DNA of 18,239 bases. Origin: Verrucomicrobiota bacterium (GTDB lineage: Bacteria; Verrucomicrobiota; Verrucomicrobiia; Opitutales; Opitutaceae). The stretch covers positions 1-18,239 of the forward strand of contig JBEHXD010000043.1 in the NCBI GenBank assembly GCA_048498875.1, written 5' to 3'. The position numbers and the translations under genes are program-made. Position 1 is the first letter of the stretch, and each line of letters begins with the position of its first letter. The notes beneath the pieces are model-generated. The model searched no databases and was not told where the DNA came from. It was given only the letters and a program-made list of their open reading frames with translations. Shown in pieces: positions 14,015 to 18,239 of the stretch.

Positions 14015-14989
14015 TCAATTCTCCAAACCAAACACGGCCCGCGAGTAATTCTCAATCGAGAAAGGCTGCAGGTCGTCGGGCTGTTCGCCCAGGCCGATGA
14101 AATAAATCGGGATCTTCAACTGCCGGTAAATTCCGACCAGCGCCCCGCCGCGACTCGTGCCATCGAGCTTGGTCACGATCAGGCCGGTGAGTCCGAAACT
14201 CTGGTGAAATACCTTCGCCTGTTCGATGGAGTTCGAACCGAGGCTGCCATCCACCACCAGCCAGCGATGCTGTGGCGCCGTCGGGTCGTTCTTTTGCAGC
14301 ACACGCCGGATCTTCGCCAGTTCCTCCATCAAATTGCTTTTGGTGTGCAGCCGCCCTGCGGTGTCGACGATGAGCCAGTCGTGTCCGCGTGCCTTCGCCG
14401 CCTGCCACGCATCGAATGCCACCGCCGCCGAGTCGGCCCCGGTGTGACTCGCCACGATTTCAATTTTCAACCTGTCGGCCCAGGTTTTCAGCTGCTCGAC
14501 TGCCGCGGCGCGAAACGTATCGCACGCCGCCACGACGACCGACTGGCCTTCGTTCTTCAATTTGTGCGCGAGTTTCGCCGTCGTCGTGGTCTTGCCCGAA
14601 CCATTCACGCCGATCATGCAGATGACAAAGGGATTTTGAGGTGGAACGCGGCCTCCGGACGCGTTTTCCGAAGCCAGCCCGCCCGGAGGTCGGGCTCCAC
14701 CCTCCAGCTTTCCCTCTGCCCCTGCCAGCACGCGACGCAAGACCGTGGCGCCGATCGCCGCCGCCTGCTGTCCTTTTAATTCCGGATCCTTCCGGTAGGC
14801 GGTTTTGATTTCCTCCAACACTTCATTGGTCGTTTCGACGCCGAAATCAGCGGTGTAGAGCGCCTCCTCAAGTTCTTCCAGCGAAGCCGCGTCGATCTTG
14901 CGACCGCCGAAAAGCCCGCGGGTCTTCGCGGTGATGGCCGAGAATGTCTTGGCGAGACCGTCTTTGAATTTCTTGAAGAAGGAAAGCAT
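14015..14989 (-). CDS. ftsY: signal recognition particle receptor FtsY
   Basis: NG-domain motifs are present: MIGVNGSGKTTTTAKLA, DTFRAAA.EQL, VDTAGR, TKLDG…GG and IYFIGLGE. I prefer the start at the ATG giving MLSFFKKFKDGL over the upstream start at 15031. The acidic A domain is very short. Confidence 0.92.
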   Translation of the reverse strand: MLSFFKKFKDGLAKTFSAITAKTRGLFGGRKIDAASLEELEEALYTADFGVETTNEVLEEIKTAYRKDPELKGQQAAAIGATVLRRVLAGAEGKLEGGARPPGGLASENASGGRVPPQNPFVICMIGVNGSGKTTTTAKLAHKLKNEGQSVVVAACDTFRAAAVEQLKTWADRLKIEIVASHTGADSAAVAFDAWQAAKARGHDWLIVDTAGRLHTKSNLMEELAKIRRVLQKNDPTAPQHRWLVVDGSLGSNSIEQAKVFHQSFGLTGLIVTKLDGTSRGGALVGIYRQLKIPIYFIGLGEQPDDLQPFSIENYSRAVFGLEN

Positions 14990-14996
14990 GGGAAAA

Positions 14997-15106
14997 GTAG
15001 CGAGTATTGAGTAGCGGGTAGCGAGTAGCAAAAAAACTCCCCGTTACCTGGCGTACATTGCCAATGGATTGGTCATGCTCACTACTCGCTGCTCGATGCT
15101 CGCTAC
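14997..15106. repeat. long imperfect inverted repeat built from GTAGCGAG-type units, filling the nusB-ftsY spacer
   Basis: 14997-15029 reads GTAGCGAGTATTGAGTAGCGGGTAGCGAGTAGC. 15077-15106 reads GCTCACTACTCGCTGCTCGATGCTCGCTAC, whose reverse complement is GTAGCGAGCATCGAGCAGCGAGTAGTGAGC. The loop of about 47 nt contains the palindrome CCAATGGATTGG (15061-15072) and an A7/T7 run. Confidence 0.6.
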
Positions 15107-15549
15107 TCCGCCGACGGCTTCCGCGAGTCGCGACCGAGCTTGTCCTTCATCCGGTCCAGCACGCCGTTGATGAAACGCTTCGCGTCGACACTTGAATATT
15201 GTTTGCTGAGGTCGATCGCCTCGTTGATCGACACCACCGGCGGGATATCCTTCCGGTGCAGCATCTCGAACATCGCCAGACGCAGGATCGCGAGATCGAT
15301 CTTGGCCACGCGATCAAATTCCCAGTTGTGCGCCAGCCCCTTGATGTATCCGTCGAGTTCCTCGATGTGACTGATCGCCCCGTGGATCAATTCCTCGGCA
15401 AATGCATAGTAATCGCGCGGCTGTTCCAGATGTTCGAAGAACAGGCGCAAGTCCTCTGCCAGATTGGCCGGCTGGTTGACGCTCCACGCATACAGGTATT
15501 GGAACGCCGCCGCCCGGCATTCCCGGCGCTGGGTGAATTGACTGCTCAT
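15103..15549 (-). CDS. nusB: transcription antitermination factor NusB
   Basis: Typical sequence is present (…AAFQYLY…, DRVAKIDLAILRLAMFEML…PPVVSINEAIDLSK.Y…FINGVLD). The ribH-nusB order is conserved, with an ATGA start/stop overlap. Confidence 0.92.
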   Translation of the reverse strand: MSSQFTQRRECRAAAFQYLYAWSVNQPANLAEDLRLFFEHLEQPRDYYAFAEELIHGAISHIEELDGYIKGLAHNWEFDRVAKIDLAILRLAMFEMLHRKDIPPVVSINEAIDLSKQYSSVDAKRFINGVLDRMKDKLGRDSRKPSAE

Positions 15550-16025
15550 GAATTGCCTCCCTGCGCGCGATGCAACGCCGCCATTTCCAGGCCCGCACGG
15601 GCAAATTCCGCCCCGCGGTTGATGGGACCCAGGCAGCGAGCCTGCGCCTGTTTCAAGGTATCGGCCACCACCACGCCGTTGATCACCGGGACGCCGCTGG
15701 AAATCGCCACGGCCTGAAGCGCATGGGAAACACTCTGCCCCACCATTTCATGGTGGTTCGTATCGCCACCGATCAACACTCCGAGTGCGATCACGCAGTC
15801 GTGCCTGCCGTCGCGCGACAGCCACTGGGCCGCCACCGGCACCTCATGGGAACCGGGCACCCGCAGGATTTCCACGCGCTTTTCCTTCACCCCCGCCTCC
15901 TCAAGTCCGGCCAGCACCCGGGTGAGCAATGCGTCAACCAAGTCGGTATTATAGCGCGCGGCCACAATGCCAAAGGAGAGTTTGGCACCTTTGATCTCAA
16001 TCGGTTCGGGACGGGAGAAGCTCAT
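15546..16025 (-). CDS. ribH: 6,7-dimethyl-8-ribityllumazine synthase
   Basis: It shows FGIVAARYN…, VPG..E.P, and GV.I.G.T.H… followed by …VPV..GV. It is 159 aa and lies downstream of ribB. Confidence 0.93.
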   Translation of the reverse strand: MSFSRPEPIEIKGAKLSFGIVAARYNTDLVDALLTRVLAGLEEAGVKEKRVEILRVPGSHEVPVAAQWLSRDGRHDCVIALGVLIGGDTNHHEMVGQSVSHALQAVAISSGVPVINGVVVADTLKQAQARCLGPINRGAEFARAGLEMAALHRAQGGNS

Positions 16026-16071
16026 GGAGGGTTCAAAGCAGGTAGGAACAGGCTCCGTCGCAACCTAAATC

Positions 16072-17166
16072 TTACACGTGGATTTGCTCGACGATCTCGA
16101 TCCCGTAGCCATCCAGGCCTATCACCCGGCGGTTGGAGTGTGCCATCAACCGGATCTTGCGCAACCCGAGCGCGGTCAGGATCTGCGCCCCGATGCCATA
16201 ATCCCGCAAATTCGGCAGCGCGCCGCCTGCGCAGGGCTTCCCATCCGGCTCGATCGCATTCTGCATGCGGCCGGTTTGCTCCATGTAGACGATCACACCG
16301 TGCCCCGCATCGGCCACATGCTTGAGTGATGCCATCAACGACTGGTGGTTGTCCATGCCCTTCGCATGAAACACGTCACTCAAGAGATTTTCCGTCTGCA
16401 CCCGCACAAGGGTCGGCGAACCGTCGAGGCGGCCCTTCGTAAAGGCAAGATGATGACGCCCATCCACCTTGCTGCGGAAAATATGCAGCTGAAACTCGCC
16501 GTATTCGGAAGCGAAAGGACGTTGCGTGACCAGTTCCACGAGTTGTTCGCGCCGGTGGCGGTACTCGATCAGGGAGGCAATGGAAACGAGCGGGATCTTA
16601 TGCTGCTTCTTGAATTCCAGCAGTTCCGGCACCCGTGCCATCGTGCCGTCTTCGGACAACACCTCGCAAATCACCGCGACCGGCTTGAGTCCCGCAAGCG
16701 CGGCGAGGTCCACCGCCGCTTCCGTGTGGCCGGCCCGCTCCAGCACGCCGCCGGGACGCGCACACAGCGGGAAAATATGGCCGGGTTGTACGAGTTCGTC
16801 GGAACGCGTGTTTGGATCGGAAAGCAATTTGATCGTGTGAGCCCGGTCGTAGGCACTGATGCCCGTGGTAATTCCCTCCGCGGCGTCCACGGATACGGTA
16901 AAAGCCGTCCGCAATGCCTCGCGGTTCTGCTGCACCATGAGATTGATGCCGAGCCGCTTCAACTGGGGCTCGGTCATGGGCACACAAATCAACCCGCGCG
17001 CGTGGCGGATCATCATGTTCACCAGTTCGGGCGTGGCCTTTTCCGCCGCCATGACCAGATCGCCCTCATTCTCCCGCCCCTCGTCGTCGGTCACGATCAC
17101 GACGCCGCCGGCTGCAATCGCCTGGATGGCGGTCTCGATGGAATCAAAGGTCGGGTCGTGTGACAT
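16072..17166 (-). CDS. ribB: 3,4-dihydroxy-2-butanone-4-phosphate synthase fused to a degenerate GTP cyclohydrolase II-like domain (RibBX-type)
   Basis: The N-terminal DHBPS domain looks intact (DDEGRENEGDLV…, RAGHTEAAVDLA). The C-terminal domain aligns to RibA, but the zinc cysteines are replaced. RVHSECLTGD has become RVQTENLLSD, and RCDCG has become GMDNH. The following segment is shortened. Confidence 0.9.
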   Translation of the reverse strand: MSHDPTFDSIETAIQAIAAGGVVIVTDDEGRENEGDLVMAAEKATPELVNMMIRHARGLICVPMTEPQLKRLGINLMVQQNREALRTAFTVSVDAAEGITTGISAYDRAHTIKLLSDPNTRSDELVQPGHIFPLCARPGGVLERAGHTEAAVDLAALAGLKPVAVICEVLSEDGTMARVPELLEFKKQHKIPLVSIASLIEYRHRREQLVELVTQRPFASEYGEFQLHIFRSKVDGRHHLAFTKGRLDGSPTLVRVQTENLLSDVFHAKGMDNHQSLMASLKHVADAGHGVIVYMEQTGRMQNAIEPDGKPCAGGALPNLRDYGIGAQILTALGLRKIRLMAHSNRRVIGLDGYGIEIVEQIHV

Positions 17167-17177
17167 ACTGGCCGCTC

Positions 17178-17220
17178 ATCATTCCCGCGCTCGCCGCGCC
17201 TGTCAAATCCCGGAAAAAAA
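17178..17220 (-). promoter_or_regulatory. putative sigma70-type promoter for ribBX (TTGACA-17 nt-AATGAT) with an upstream T7 tract
   Basis: On the - strand the sequence is TTTTTTTCCGGGATTTGACA-N17-AATGAT, and the ATG follows about 12 nt later. This would give a very short leader. It is a pattern match only. Confidence 0.3.
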
Positions 17221-17490
17221 CCGTTCCGTTACGTCATTTTATGACAAAACCCTCCGGAATAATTAAACGGCAATCTGATATGAACCTCCCTCATACCGTG
17301 CGAAACCGGACGGGCTCACTCAATCCACTGCAACCGCGACGCGCGGAATTGAACGATTGAATAATTCAGACCAACCAGTGCTTTCGCGCCGCGCCGATGG
17401 TCGGCCGCGCGGAAAAAATTATTCCATTCGCACGTGAGAGCAGTTCATTCCCGGCCGACGAAACCGGCGAAGAAAAATATTTCCGACCGC

Positions 17491-17520
17491 TTTTTTGTAG
17501 GGCATTGTCCTACAAAAAAA
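17491..17520. repeat. A/T-clamped palindrome
   Basis: TTTTTTGTAGG-GCATTGT-CCTACAAAAAA(A) is an 11-bp stem. The T run precedes the stem and the A run follows it on both strands, so it is not a classical terminator. Confidence 0.5.
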
Positions 17521-17558
17521 CTTTCGCGAATCTGATTATATCGTAAGTCGCGAGTGGA

Positions 17559-17775
17559 TTGACAAGTAAACCGAACGCCCCGCTTTACGGTACACTATTA
17601 GACTCAAATCGGGGGAAATCTGACGGAAAAAAATTTGCAGATTCGGGGAAAAAGGCTTCACCTGAGGTCCTGCCCAGTCGTCCGTCCCGTGGTGATCAGT
17701 ATGCGCTTAGCGCTTCTGGCCCGTCCCACGAGCTGAGAAGTTGTTCGGAGTGTGACGACTGGGCTTTTTTTGGGA
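17559..17775 (+). ncRNA. candidate small structured RNA ending in a strong intrinsic terminator
   Basis: A TTGACA hexamer lies at 17559. A perfect 10-bp long-range stem pairs CCCAGTCGTC (17673-17682) with GACGACTGGG (17754-17763). It encloses sub-hairpins (CGTGG/CCACG and GCGC-TTA-GCGC) and is followed by C plus T7 (17765-17771). No downstream + strand gene exists and the ORF spanning it is implausible. No family recognised. Confidence 0.3.
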
Positions 17776-17888
17776 CCCGGTAACCGGGTCGTGACTTGGA
17801 GAGGTCGATTACAAGTCGGACGGCATTTCCGTATCCGATGAAAATTACGCGCTTCCGTTCCGGGGAATGCGGATCGAATCCGACGATT

Positions 17889-18239
17889 TCATTTCAGGCC
17901 CAGGGCAAAAAAGGCGAGAGTGGCTCCGACGATCACCATGATCAGGAAGGGCTTTTTCGTTTCCGGCCAGTGAGTGATCACAAAGAGAAGCTGCGTAATT
18001 GGAAGAAACAATACCGCGAGGCCCCACAGGACTGATGTCCGGAACGCCTCAATGATAATAAGCAGGTTGCAGATGCCCAACACTCCTACCGTCACAAAGA
18101 AGGCCATCAGCATCCATTGATTTTTTAATTCGGCATTTCGGTCCGGAGTTTTGGCCGCGGGAGGACCCGGCTTTTTCACCGGCGTGGTGTGAACTTCGGA
18201 AACACTGCTGCGTGAGCCCGAATTACCGCTGTCGCTGGA
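17889..18239 (-). CDS. small multi-pass membrane protein, N-terminus probably beyond the window edge
   Basis: There are three hydrophobic helices (WMLMAFFVTVGVLGICNLLIII, VLWGLAVLFLPITQLLFVI, FLIMVIVGATLAFFALG). The reading frame stays open upstream of the GTG at 18179 all the way to the window end (Ser-rich segment). No family recognised. Confidence 0.6.
   Translation of the reverse strand, partial: SSDSGNSGSRSSVSEVHTTPVKKPGPPAAKTPDRNAELKNQWMLMAFFVTVGVLGICNLLIIIEAFRTSVLWGLAVLFLPITQLLFVITHWPETKKPFLIMVIVGATLAFFALGLK

Noticed and set aside
13875-14018. The N-terminal 48-codon extension of the DUF4864-like ORF (track start at 14018).
   Set aside because: The extension runs through a family-2 repeat and overlaps the 3' end of ftsY. 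An internal ATG (13874) is followed directly by a clean signal peptide, so the shorter gene is preferred.
17167-17558. FMN (RFN) riboswitch upstream of ribBX. A segment TTCCCGGCCGACGAAACCGGCGAAGAA on the + strand superficially resembles the RFN 3' half.
   Set aside because: It is on the wrong strand for ribBX. The 5' half (GGGCGGGGCGAAAUUCCCCACCGGCGGU) and the AGCCCGCGAGC element are absent on both strands.
17868-17885. A tRNA T-arm-like string, CGGATCGAATCCG.
   Set aside because: It is only a 5-bp stem with a 3-nt loop. No acceptor, D or anticodon arms can be drawn around it.
17559-18035. + strand ORFs 17559..17783 (74 aa, TTG start) and 17796..18035 (79 aa).
   Set aside because: The first spans a terminator structure and has no coding bias. 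The second is antisense to a convincing three-helix membrane protein gene.

Overview
This is a high-GC (roughly 60%) chromosomal segment from a diderm bacterium. The protein repertoire and repeat style are reminiscent of Verrucomicrobiota/Opitutales-like genomes, but that is an impression only. Two gene blocks converge at about 13.24-13.45 kb. Block 1 (+ strand, 51-13238) is a large TonB-dependent metal or metallophore acquisition region. In order it holds two Cys-motif hypothetical proteins, a DUF4198-like periplasmic protein and an unrecognised 395-aa lipoprotein. Next come tonB-exbB-exbD with a translationally coupled membrane-anchored coiled-coil protein, a PepSY-TM (PiuB/FoxB-like) protein and a TPR protein. 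These are followed by an apparently unrelated FMN-dependent alpha-hydroxy-acid oxidase and a ~780-bp gene-free, highly structured spacer. The block ends with a small His/Cys-rich anchored protein and a TonB-dependent receptor whose plug resembles ZnuD-type receptors. Block 2 (- strand, 13449-18239) holds a DUF4864-like secreted protein, ftsY, nusB and ribH. It continues with a RibBX-type ribB whose GTP cyclohydrolase II-like domain has lost its zinc cysteines, then a second ~720-bp gene-free structured region and a partial membrane protein. Intergenic DNA carries two families of REP-like hairpin repeats with compensatory stem changes. Each family includes one inverted doublet (REPIN-like). I saw no rRNA, tRNA, CRISPR array, transposase or phage gene. 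Nothing here can be shown to be a new system from sequence alone. The best candidates for follow-up are the uncharacterised partners wired into the Ton motor (especially the exbD-coupled coiled-coil protein and the orphan lipoprotein), the His/Cys-rich mini-protein paired with the receptor, the two long structured non-coding regions, and the REP/REPIN families.
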